The position numbers and the translations under genes were made by a program. Shown piece by piece: positions 7,950 to 15,951 of a DNA stretch of 32,000 bases. The stretch covers positions 600,001 to 632,000 of the forward strand of contig NC_014833.1 in assembly GCF_000179635.2 (NCBI RefSeq), given 5' to 3'. The notes under the pieces were generated by a model. The model was not told where the DNA came from. It saw nothing but the letters and a program-made list of their open reading frames with translations, and did not search any database. Numbering within the stretch: position 1 is the first letter of the stretch; the number at the start of each line of letters is the position of its first letter. The stretch is from Ruminococcus albus 7 = DSM 20455. Lineage in GTDB: Bacteria > Bacillota > Clostridia > Oscillospirales > Ruminococcaceae.

Positions 7950-9644
7950 ATGCCCGATAACAGAAAATACGCAATTTACAGCCGCAAATCCAAATTCACC
8001 GGCAAAGGTGAGAGCATTGAAAACCAGATTGAGATATGCAGGCGGGCGTTGAAAAGCAAATATGATGTAGTTGATGAGGACATTGTGGAGTTCGAGGATG
8101 AGGGCTTTTCGGGTGGCAACACCAAGCGCCCGAAATTTCAGGAGATGATGGAGCGCTGCCGCAATGGTGAGTTTCAGTTGGTTATTTGCTACCGTCTTGA
8201 CAGAATAAGCCGCAACACATCGGACTTTGTGAACACCTATGAGGAGCTGAAAGAACACAGCGTTTGTTTTCGTTCGGTCAGCGACAACATTGATGATACC
8301 TCGCCTATGGGCAGGGCTATGATGATGATAAGCTCGGTTTTTGCACAGTTGGAGCGTGACATTATTGCAGAGAGAATAACCGACAATATGCATGAGCTTG
8401 CCAAGTCGGGACGGTGGTTGGGCGGCAATCCGCCAACGGGTTACAGGAGTGCCGAGACCGTGGGCAGTATTACGGTTGATGGCAAGATACATAAGGCGAG
8501 AATGCTGGAGAAAAATCTCGAAGAGGCAGAGCTTGTCGGGCTGGTGTTCACTAAGTTTGTTGAACTGCGTTCTATTACTAAGGTGGAGACCTATCTGCTC
8601 AATAATGATTTCAAGTCGAAAAAGGGCAACACGCTTTCGAGGTTTGCCATTAAGACTATTCTGCAAAACCCTGTGTATGCCATTGCTGACGAGGATACAT
8701 GGGTATATTTGAACGAAAAAGATATGCAGTTGTACGGTTCGCGCGATGACTTTGACGGCATTCACGGTATTATGGCGTACAACAAGACCATACAGAAAAA
8801 GGGAAGGTCAATGAAGCAGAAAGCTCCAAGCGAGTGGATAGTGGCTGTTGGCAAGCACGAGGGCATTATCGAGGGCAAACGCTGGGTAGAGGTACAGCAT
8901 CTGCTTGAAAAGAACAGGGACAAGGCATACCGAAAGCCCAAGAGCAATACTGCACTTCTGTCGGGACTGCTGTTTTGTGCGTGCTGTGGAAGCTTTATGC
9001 GCCCAAAGCTTTCATCAAGGGTCAACAAGCAGGGCGAGAAGGTATATGATTACCTTTGCGAGCTCAAAGAAAGAAGTCACGGTCTCAAGTGTGATAATAA
9101 GCGAATTAACGGCAACGAGCTTGACCGTCAGATATGCGATGAGATAAAGCACCTGGGCGAGGACGATTCGGGGCTGATGAAGCTGCTAAGAAATTCACAG
9201 AAGAGTTTGAATGAGACATTCGCTGATTCGCAGGCAGAAATCGACAGGCTGACTGAAAAGAAAAAGCAGTATGAAGCCGAGCGCACAAATCTTGTTAAGG
9301 CTTTGACTTTGGCAGGCGAAACTATGGCTGCTGAGGACATCATCTCGCAAATAAACGATCTGCACACTAAGACTTCCGAGCTTGAAATGCAGATATCCGA
9401 GCACCGCAGGCTTATGGAAAACAGCGACATCACCGACGAGCAGTATCAAAGCCTTGCGGATATGCTGTCGTCATTTGCTAAAACTATTGACACATTAGAT
9501 GTTATGAAAAAGCGTGATGTTATACGCTGCTTCGTGCGTCGTGTTGAGTGGGACGGCGAGAATATCCACCTGTATCTTATGGGTGCAGAAAGCGGGGGTA
9601 CTGATGTGCTGCATTCAGAGCCGAAGTGCGAGTGTAGCAAATGA
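7950..9644 (+). CDS. Large serine recombinase, a SpoIVCA-like candidate excisase of the sigK-intervening element.
   Basis: The N-terminal resolvase domain reads AIYSRKSKFTGKGESIENQ...YRLDRISRN. It is followed by a recombinase domain, a zinc ribbon (CACCGSFM...C) and a long coiled-coil tail. The ATG at 7950 follows GAAAGGA. The stop codon at 9642-9644 falls inside the first sigK-homologous codons. Confidence 0.9.
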   Translation: MPDNRKYAIYSRKSKFTGKGESIENQIEICRRALKSKYDVVDEDIVEFEDEGFSGGNTKRPKFQEMMERCRNGEFQLVICYRLDRISRNTSDFVNTYEELKEHSVCFRSVSDNIDDTSPMGRAMMMISSVFAQLERDIIAERITDNMHELAKSGRWLGGNPPTGYRSAETVGSITVDGKIHKARMLEKNLEEAELVGLVFTKFVELRSITKVETYLLNNDFKSKKGNTLSRFAIKTILQNPVYAIADEDTWVYLNEKDMQLYGSRDDFDGIHGIMAYNKTIQKKGRSMKQKAPSEWIVAVGKHEGIIEGKRWVEVQHLLEKNRDKAYRKPKSNTALLSGLLFCACCGSFMRPKLSSRVNKQGEKVYDYLCELKERSHGLKCDNKRINGNELDRQICDEIKHLGEDDSGLMKLLRNSQKSLNETFADSQAEIDRLTEKKKQYEAERTNLVKALTLAGETMAAEDIISQINDLHTKTSELEMQISEHRRLMENSDITDEQYQSLADMLSSFAKTIDTLDVMKKRDVIRCFVRRVEWDGENIHLYLMGAESGGTDVLHSEPKCECSK

Positions 9645-9993
9645 GATACTTATGCATTTTCGTTCGCTGAAAAAGACGGCTAATGATGTATCTATGGAAG
9701 AACCTTCACATTCCGACAAAGACGGCAGCAGCCTTAGTCTTATGGATATGATTGCCGATAGTGAGGACGTTGCGGAGCGTATAGAACTTCTTGTACGTGC
9801 GGAACAGATGTATATTGATCTGGATAAGTGCCTTGATGATCGTGAGAGGGAGATAATCGTTATGAGGTACGGGCTTTTCGGCAAGCCTGCCCTTACTCAG
9901 CGGGAGGCGGCTAAAAAGCTGGGGATATCCAGGTCGTATGTATCGCGGATAGAAAAGAGAGCTCTGGAGAAGCTGAGAAAGGAACTTGGGTGA
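9640..9993 (+). CDS. sigK: 3' segment of a split sigK gene (sigma-K regions 3-4), the counterpart of B. subtilis spoIIIC.
   Basis: NEILMHFRSLKKT...LDDREREIIVMRYGL...TQREAAKKLGISRSYVSRIEKRALEKLRKELG matches my recollection of B. subtilis SigK (CIENEILMHLRALKKT ... ELGISRSYVSRIEKRALMKM). There is no start codon, no RBS and no regions 1-2 upstream. The junction is uncertain by about 20 nt. Confidence 0.8.
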   Translation, partial: NEILMHFRSLKKTANDVSMEEPSHSDKDGSSLSLMDMIADSEDVAERIELLVRAEQMYIDLDKCLDDREREIIVMRYGLFGKPALTQREAAKKLGISRSYVSRIEKRALEKLRKELG

Positions 9994-10125
9994 AGTATGG
10001 TATATAAAATATTGGACGCTGTGAGCTGACAGATGAGATTATGGATCTGAATAAGAAAGAATTGCGGTTGGGATCAAAGTTTTCGATTTCAAACAAATAT
10101 GTAGCGGGTTGTATATGTAAATATA

Positions 10126-10167
10126 CAGCCCCGAAGCGATGTCAGGTCGCTTCGGGGCTGTGGTTTT
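10126..10167. terminator. Bidirectional rho-independent terminator between sigK and the MATE gene.
   Basis: A 14-bp perfect stem pairs CAGCCCCGAAGCGA (10126-10139) with TCGCTTCGGGGCTG (10147-10160). T-rich or A-rich runs sit on both sides. Confidence 0.8.
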
Positions 10168-11581
10168 ATATGGGACATTTTATATTATACTCAGCTAAAA
10201 TTTTAGAAACCGTGTCCATCTGATCTATTTCACGTTTTATGAATACCATAACAACGATGAAAGCTATAAGATCGGAAAGAGGAGCGGCTGCCATTATGCC
10301 GTTTAATCCGAAGAAGTGGGAGAGTATCAGCACCAGGGGTATAAGGAACAGCACCTGTCTTGTGAGTGAAAGAACTGCACCTTTTATTGGCTTGCCGATA
10401 GCTGCGAAGAAATTGGAGGATATCATCTGAACACCTGTAAGCGGCAGCAGCAGCAGGAAAGTCCTCATGAACTTTACTGCGAAATCGAAGTAAAGAGCAG
10501 TTTCCTGGTTATCTGACGAATCGAAGAGCGAAAGCACCTGCTTCGGGAAAACCTGGAATATTGCAAAAGCAATTATCGTAATTACAAGTTCGCACTTTAT
10601 GGCAAGCTTGTACACGCGCTTTACGCGTTCGTACTGCCTTGCGCTGTAATTGAAGCCAACGATAGGCTGCATACCCTGCAATATACCGATTATAATCGCC
10701 AGTACGATGGAATTGACCTTCATTACGATGGTGCTGGCGGCAAGGGGAATATCCGAGCCATAGGGCGAAAGTTCGCCGTATTTTGTCAGTGAGCGGTTCA
10801 TGACTATCTGTACAAGTGTGAGAGCTATCTGTGTAAGACCGTTGCTCATGCCCATTGTCAGGGTGGTCAGCATCTCACGTAAACTCAGCCTTATGTGTTC
10901 GCGGCGGAGAGTTATGCGCTTCAGCTTTTTAAGGTATGTAAGGGCGAATAAGCCCGATACCACCTGTCCTATGACTGTTGCCCAAGCAGCGCCCGATACT
11001 CCCCAGTCAAATTTGAATATGAATATAGGGTCGAGTACGGTATTTATCACTGCACCGATTATCATGGTTATCATGGAATAGCGTGGACTGCCGTCGGCAC
11101 GCGCGAGGTTGCTCATACAGTTCATCACAACGATGAAAGGCATACCCAGAGCGGTTATCTTAGTGTAATCGTAGGCGTATGGGTATACATATTTGGTTGC
11201 ACCGAAAGCCATAAGCATAGGGTGGAGAAACAGCTCCGTTACTACTGTCAGCAGTATACCGAAGCCTATCATCATGCATAACGAACATCCGACTGTACTT
11301 GCGGCTTTCTCTTCTTCATGCTTGCCGAGATACAGCGAATATCTTGAAGCTGTACCTATGCCGATAGCGAGGGTTATAGCCATACATATGGTAGTCAGCG
11401 GGAAAGCCACGCCTGTTGCGGCATTTCCAAGCGGTCCCACGCCCTTGCCTATGAATATCTGGTCAACCACATTGTACAGCGAGCTTACCAGCATGGCTAT
11501 AACGCTGGGCAGTGCGAATTTACACAGCAGCATCGGTATTTTTTGGTACCCCAAAGGGTTCTTTTCTCTTACTTCATTCAA
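10166..11581 (-). CDS. MATE-family efflux transporter.
   Basis: The 471-aa polytopic membrane protein begins ...LLCKFALPSVIAMLVSSLYNVVDQIFIG and has a duplicated 6-TM pattern, as expected for MATE. The start codon (TTG at 11581) is uncertain. Confidence 0.85.
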   Translation of the reverse strand: MNEVREKNPLGYQKIPMLLCKFALPSVIAMLVSSLYNVVDQIFIGKGVGPLGNAATGVAFPLTTICMAITLAIGIGTASRYSLYLGKHEEEKAASTVGCSLCMMIGFGILLTVVTELFLHPMLMAFGATKYVYPYAYDYTKITALGMPFIVVMNCMSNLARADGSPRYSMITMIIGAVINTVLDPIFIFKFDWGVSGAAWATVIGQVVSGLFALTYLKKLKRITLRREHIRLSLREMLTTLTMGMSNGLTQIALTLVQIVMNRSLTKYGELSPYGSDIPLAASTIVMKVNSIVLAIIIGILQGMQPIVGFNYSARQYERVKRVYKLAIKCELVITIIAFAIFQVFPKQVLSLFDSSDNQETALYFDFAVKFMRTFLLLLPLTGVQMISSNFFAAIGKPIKGAVLSLTRQVLFLIPLVLILSHFFGLNGIMAAAPLSDLIAFIVVMVFIKREIDQMDTVSKILAEYNIKCPI

Positions 11582-11753
11582 CTTTCCTTACCTCTTTTAC
11601 ATTTTTTTCAAAACATTAACTATTATACTCCTTTCTGCGTAATTTGTCAAATCTTTTTTCTTATACGCTTACAAAAATATGAATGAAAAGGTGTATCAGA
11701 ACGTTAATTGACATATACCGTCGCAAACTATACCTATATAGTGTGCGTTAGCC

Positions 11754-11782
11754 TTGACTAATGTACGCCTCCGTGTTATAAT
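11754..11782 (+). promoter_or_regulatory. Near-consensus promoter for the hyd/nfl/hyp cluster.
   Basis: TTGACT lies at 11754-11759 and TATAAT at 11777-11782, separated by 17 nt and about 100 nt upstream of the first gene. A 7-bp hairpin (11806-11812 / 11819-11825) sits in the leader. Confidence 0.65.
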
Positions 11783-11879
11783 GATACTGTTGATATTAAT
11801 AGTATAAGGCACAGTATCGTGCCTTTATAAAACATAATATTTTTCACGGTGACTGACACCGATAGAAAGGAAGATAGCT

Positions 11880-12125
11880 ATGCAGACAAGAGTAGCGGTT
11901 ATTTCTATCATTATTGAAGACGTCAGCTCTGTGGAAAGCATAAATTCCATACTGCACGAGTTCGGTGAATTCATATTCGGCAGGATGGGAGTGCCATACC
12001 GTGCCAAGGGCGTTAACATAATAAGTATCGCCATTGATGCACCGCAGGATAAGATAAATACCCTTGCGGGCAAGATAGGCAGATTAAACGGTGTTACTGC
12101 CAAGACGGTATATTCAACGGTCTGA
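11880..12125 (+). CDS. TM1266-family ACT-like small protein (putative iron-only hydrogenase system regulator).
   Basis: The 81-aa protein reads MQTRVAVISIIIED...SINSILHEFGEFIFGRMGVPYRAKGVNIISIAIDAP.DKINTLAGKIGRLNGV. This is the family known to be linked to hydE/F/G clusters. Confidence 0.75.
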   Translation: MQTRVAVISIIIEDVSSVESINSILHEFGEFIFGRMGVPYRAKGVNIISIAIDAPQDKINTLAGKIGRLNGVTAKTVYSTV

Positions 12126-12327
12126 CCCGGGATAAACGGGAAAGACCCCTTACAAAAAATATAAGCATAGGTTTCCTCCTGATGCCGAAAATTATTTTGA
12201 GGCAGAAGCAGAAAGACACAAGCGACCGCGGATAAATATCGGGGCGCGGCAGGATATGGGGTATATATACTTTATGTTTTGCGTGAGCTCACGGGATAAG
12301 TGTATCCGCAGGTCTTTATTGGCGTGT

Positions 12328-12375
12328 AAGCCCGTGTCCTCTGTTTCGGGGGATACGGGCTTTATTTATGCTTTT
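12328..12375 (+). terminator. Intrinsic terminator / attenuator hairpin in the hydF leader.
   Basis: A 12-bp stem pairs AAGCCCGTGTCC (12328-12339) with GGATACGGGCTT (12351-12362), with one G.U pair. It is followed by TATTTATGCTTTT and ends only about 30 nt before the hydF start. Confidence 0.6.
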
Positions 12376-12405
12376 CACATTATGAGCGAAAAGGAGAACT
12401 GGAAC

Positions 12406-13596
12406 ATGGGACTAAACGATACACCTTCGGGTGAGAGGGTGCACATAGGCTTTTTCGGACGCAGGAATGCAGGCAAATCAAGCGTGGTAAACGCTTTTAC
12501 AAATCAGGAGCTGGCGATAGTATCGGATACTCCGGGCACGACTACCGACCCTGTATATAAGGCGATGGAGCTTCTGCCGATGGGACCTGTAATGATAATT
12601 GACACCCCCGGTTATGATGATGAGGGTAAGCTTGGTGAACTCAGGGTCAGAAAGACCTCGGAGGTGCTGGGCAGAACAGACTGCGCTGTACTGGTGACCG
12701 ATTGTACAAGAGATCTTGATGAGAGCGAAAAGCAGCTGATAAAGCTGTTTGACAGCAGGCGCATACCATATGTCATAGCAAAGAATAAATCCGATCTTCT
12801 GGATGATATCCCTGCTGCAGATGAAAAAGAGATCTATGTCAGCGCACTTAATAATACTATGATACATGAGCTGCGCGAGAAAGTAGCTCAGCTTTCGGCA
12901 TACAAAGAGCAGAACGTTCCGCTTGTGGGCGACCTTATCGGTGAGGGCGGACTTGCAGTGCTTTGCATACCCATAGACAAGGCAGCACCCAAGGGCAGAT
13001 TGATACTTCCTCAGCAGCAGGTGATCCGTGACCTGCTGGAGCATGGTGCGGCAGCACTTACCTGCCGTGAGACCGAGCTCAAGAGTTTCCTGGAAAAGCT
13101 GAACCCAAAGCCCGATGCGGTAATAACCGACAGTCAGGTGTTTGCACGCGCGAATGCTGATACTCCGCCTGATATAAAGCTTACATCTTTTTCCATACTC
13201 ATGGCGAGATACAAGGGATTCCTTGCACCTGCTGTGCGCGGCGCAAAAGCGATAGACAGCCTTAAAAACGGCGACAGGATACTCATTTCCGAGGGCTGTA
13301 CTCACCACCGCCAGTGCGAGGATATCGGAACGGTGAAGCTGCCGAAGCTGCTGAAAAAATACACAGGCAAGGATTTCAGGCTGGAGTTTTCCTCAGGCAG
13401 GGAATTTCCCGATGACCTTACCGACTACGCACTTGTTATACACTGCGGAGGCTGTATGCTCAATGCAAGGGAGATGAGCAGCCGCATAATGACTGTTGAG
13501 GAAGCAGGTGTACCTGTTACCAATTACGGTATCGCCATAGCTTATATGAACGGTATCCTTGAAAGAAGTCTGGAGTTGATCCCCGATATTATGTGA
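12406..13596 (+). CDS. hydF: [FeFe]-hydrogenase H-cluster maturation GTPase HydF.
   Basis: GTPase motifs are present: G1 GRRNAGKSS, DTPG and NKSD. The C-terminal FeS motif is EGCTHH...IHCGGC. The ATG at 12406 follows AAGGAGA. The longer ORF from 12256 was rejected. Confidence 0.9.
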   Translation: MGLNDTPSGERVHIGFFGRRNAGKSSVVNAFTNQELAIVSDTPGTTTDPVYKAMELLPMGPVMIIDTPGYDDEGKLGELRVRKTSEVLGRTDCAVLVTDCTRDLDESEKQLIKLFDSRRIPYVIAKNKSDLLDDIPAADEKEIYVSALNNTMIHELREKVAQLSAYKEQNVPLVGDLIGEGGLAVLCIPIDKAAPKGRLILPQQQVIRDLLEHGAAALTCRETELKSFLEKLNPKPDAVITDSQVFARANADTPPDIKLTSFSILMARYKGFLAPAVRGAKAIDSLKNGDRILISEGCTHHRQCEDIGTVKLPKLLKKYTGKDFRLEFSSGREFPDDLTDYALVIHCGGCMLNAREMSSRIMTVEEAGVPVTNYGIAIAYMNGILERSLELIPDIM

Positions 13597-13607
13597 GGTG
13601 ATGTGAT

Positions 13608-14114
13608 ATGAGTGAAAAATTTGTATACGATAAGTCTTCACCCGATGCTGATAAGTATACCGAGGTGGATAAGTTCCTTCAGTTGACAGAACGCTACTGT
13701 AAAAAAGGCTTAGGTGCGATCGCAAGCAAAGTTGGTTCAAAGCTTGGTCTTAAAAACAGTTCCAGACCCTATTCTTCTTTGCAGCGAGCAGTGAAGATAA
13801 TCAATGCCGATGGCATCGAAGGCGTATATGATGATCTCATGCACTGCACACGCGTTGAGCGATGCGATATATTCATTGGTAAAAGCTATCTGTTCCGACA
13901 GAACAATTTCATGTGCCGCATTAAGGATATAAAAAAATGTTATATCCTTAAGGAAGAAAGCGGTGATGATATCCTTTACCATTGTTATGCGGATATCAGC
14001 GATGAAGCAGGAGATGAAACTCTTGAATTAAGAAAACTCAGTGCCCTGAAAGTACAGAGGCTGCTGCAGTTTGATGAGATAAGAAAGCTGATAGGCATAG
14101 AAGAACAGGAGTAG
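13608..14114 (+). CDS. Hypothetical 168-aa protein embedded between hydF and hydE.
   Basis: The ATG at 13608 follows GAGGTGA and lies 11 nt after the hydF stop. The gene is on the same strand as its neighbours. The protein has six Cys and matches no family I recognise. Confidence 0.6.
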   Translation: MSEKFVYDKSSPDADKYTEVDKFLQLTERYCKKGLGAIASKVGSKLGLKNSSRPYSSLQRAVKIINADGIEGVYDDLMHCTRVERCDIFIGKSYLFRQNNFMCRIKDIKKCYILKEESGDDILYHCYADISDEAGDETLELRKLSALKVQRLLQFDEIRKLIGIEEQE

Positions 14115-14157
14115 ACATACGACAGGGAGATAAAATAATTAAAGACAGGGTGAGATC

Positions 14158-15195
14158 ATGAGCAAGGCTCTTATAGATAAGCTGAATAAAGAGAAGCATC
14201 TCGAAAAAGAAGAATGGGTGACCCTTTTATCTGGGTATACCGACGATGACAGGGCTTACGCCGCGGGTATCGCGCGTGAGATAAGTACCTCGCGTTTCGG
14301 AAATAAGATATTCATTCGCGGTATCGTGGAATTTTCAAACGTCTGTAAGAACGACTGCTACTACTGCGGAATAAGACGTTCCAATACCAACGTTCAGCGG
14401 TATCGGCTTACCCCCGATGAGATACTCGACTGCTGTGACGAGGGCTATGAACTTGGTTTCCGTACCTTTGTTTTGCAGAGCGGTGAGGATAAGAGCTATA
14501 CTAACGATACCCTCTGTGATATCGTCCGCAGGATAAAGGCAGCTCACCCCGACTGCGCTGTTACCCTTTCTCTCGGTGAACTGACCTATGAGGAATACAA
14601 GGCTTTACGCGAAGCAGGTGCTGACAGATATCTTCTGCGCCACGAAACAGCCGACAAAGCCCATTATGAGAAACTTCACCCCGCCGAGATGTCATGGGAT
14701 GACCGCATGGAATGTCTTAAATATCTGAAAGAACTGGGATACCAGACAGGTGCAGGCATCATGGTAGGTTCCCCCTATCAGACTATGGAGTGTATCGCTG
14801 AGGATATGCTTTTCTTTGAAAGCTTCAAACCCGAGATGATAGGCATAGGACCATTCCTGCCCCACAAGGATACGCCTTTCAGGGACGAACCCAAAGGCAG
14901 TTACGAATTGACACTTTTCCTGCTGAGTCTGTGCAGGATACTTCTCCCCGATGTTCTCCTGCCCGCAACTACCGCCCTCGGCACGATACGTCCCAACGGC
15001 AGGGAGGAAGGTGTAAAGGCAGGCGCTAACGTTATAATGCCCAACCTTTCCCCAACAGCGGTGAGAAAGAAATATATGCTTTACGATAACAAGATATGCA
15101 CAGGTGACGAAAGCGCACAGTGCCGCGGATGTCTTGAAATGAGAATGAAGTCCATCGGCTACGAGGTAGCTGTATCAAGAGGTGACCATATATGA
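14158..15195 (+). CDS. hydE: [FeFe]-hydrogenase maturation radical SAM enzyme HydE.
   Basis: The CX3CX2C motif is CKNDCYYC. The protein has a BioB-like fold and HydE-typical length (345 aa) and sequence (...FVLQSGED...GAGIMVGSPYQT...). Confidence 0.9.
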   Translation: MSKALIDKLNKEKHLEKEEWVTLLSGYTDDDRAYAAGIAREISTSRFGNKIFIRGIVEFSNVCKNDCYYCGIRRSNTNVQRYRLTPDEILDCCDEGYELGFRTFVLQSGEDKSYTNDTLCDIVRRIKAAHPDCAVTLSLGELTYEEYKALREAGADRYLLRHETADKAHYEKLHPAEMSWDDRMECLKYLKELGYQTGAGIMVGSPYQTMECIAEDMLFFESFKPEMIGIGPFLPHKDTPFRDEPKGSYELTLFLLSLCRILLPDVLLPATTALGTIRPNGREEGVKAGANVIMPNLSPTAVRKKYMLYDNKICTGDESAQCRGCLEMRMKSIGYEVAVSRGDHI

Positions 15196-15950
15196 TAAAA
15201 TTTGCTGTATACGGAAAAGGCGGCATAGGTAAATCCACTATCGCCTGCAATATCTCGGCGGCACTGGCTGCAAAAGGTCTTACCGTCATGCAGATAGGCT
15301 GTGACCCCAAGGCGGATTCAACATCTCTCCTCCACGGCGGCGACAGGATACCTACCGTATTGGATATGACCCGCAAAACAGGCGGCAAGTTCACCCTTGA
15401 CGATGTGGTCTTCAAGACCCCAAGCGGAGTATACTGCGTTGAAGCCGGCGGACCTGTCCCGGGACTGGGCTGTGCGGGCAGAGGTATAATCAATGCCCTG
15501 GAAAGCCTTGAAAAGCTGGGTGCTTATGAGGTATACAAGCCCGATGTTGTAGTCTACGATGTCCTCGGCGATGTGGTATGCGGAGGATTCTCTATGCCCA
15601 TGCGCAAGGGCTATGCTGATAAGATATTCGTTGTCTGTTCGGGTGAGAAAATGTCCAGATATGCGGCGGCAAATATCTGCATGGCTGTTGAGAATTTCAA
15701 GGGCAGAGGATACGCTTCCCTTGGCGGCATAATACTAAACCGCAGGGGAGTACCCGATGAAGACGAAGCGGCAGAGGAGCTTGCGGCTGATTTCAATACA
15801 TCTGTCATAGGTACTCTCGACCGCAGTGAGGATATACCTCTTGCGGAAGAAATGGGCAAAGCGATAGTGGCTTCCGCCCCCGAATGTGAAACTTCAAAAC
15901 AGCTGAAAGCAATAGCCGATGCGGTATACGCTATTTGCGGAGGTGAGTGA
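15192..15950 (+). CDS. NifH/BchL/CfbC-family ATPase, nitrogenase-like iron protein copy 1.
   Basis: The P-loop is GKGGIGKST and switch I is CDPKADST. Both cluster-ligand contexts are present: GCAGRG and DVVCGGF. The start overlaps the hydE stop (ATGA). Confidence 0.9.
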   Translation: MIKFAVYGKGGIGKSTIACNISAALAAKGLTVMQIGCDPKADSTSLLHGGDRIPTVLDMTRKTGGKFTLDDVVFKTPSGVYCVEAGGPVPGLGCAGRGIINALESLEKLGAYEVYKPDVVVYDVLGDVVCGGFSMPMRKGYADKIFVVCSGEKMSRYAAANICMAVENFKGRGYASLGGIILNRRGVPDEDEAAEELAADFNTSVIGTLDRSEDIPLAEEMGKAIVASAPECETSKQLKAIADAVYAICGGE

Positions 15951-15951
15951 T

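Noticed and set aside
7734-8765. A 343-aa minus-strand ORF.
   Set aside because: It is an antisense shadow of the serine recombinase gene. Its composition is low-complexity and hydrophobic, it has no RBS, and the plus-strand gene has clear domain signatures.
9514-9639. Upstream part of ORF 9514..9993, which could be taken as a complete small sigma-like protein.
   Set aside because: This part overlaps the recombinase coding region in another frame and shows no sigma-factor similarity. Similarity to SigK starts only at about 9640, so the ATG at 9514 is fortuitous.
1-9640. Calling the accessory region a prophage.
   Set aside because: No capsid, tail, terminase, portal or lysis genes are visible in the 9.6 kb present. 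The content is IS elements, gene fragments and one recombinase. The part of the element outside the window is unknown, so a phage origin cannot be excluded, but nothing seen here supports it.
11708-11736. A second possible promoter, TTGACA-17-TACCTA, upstream of the hyd cluster.
   Set aside because: The -10 hexamer is poor, matching only the first two positions of TATAAT. The TTGACT-17-TATAAT promoter 46 nt downstream is far more convincing.
12256-12405. N-terminal 50-codon extension of the hydF ORF as listed in the ORF track.
   Set aside because: The extension runs through the terminator hairpin at 12328-12362 and has no RBS. The ATG at 12406 follows AAGGAGA at proper spacing and gives a normal HydF N-terminus just before the G1 motif.
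12478-13308. A 276-aa minus-strand ORF inside hydF.
   Set aside because: It is an antisense shadow ORF, and the plus strand encodes a clearly recognisable HydF.
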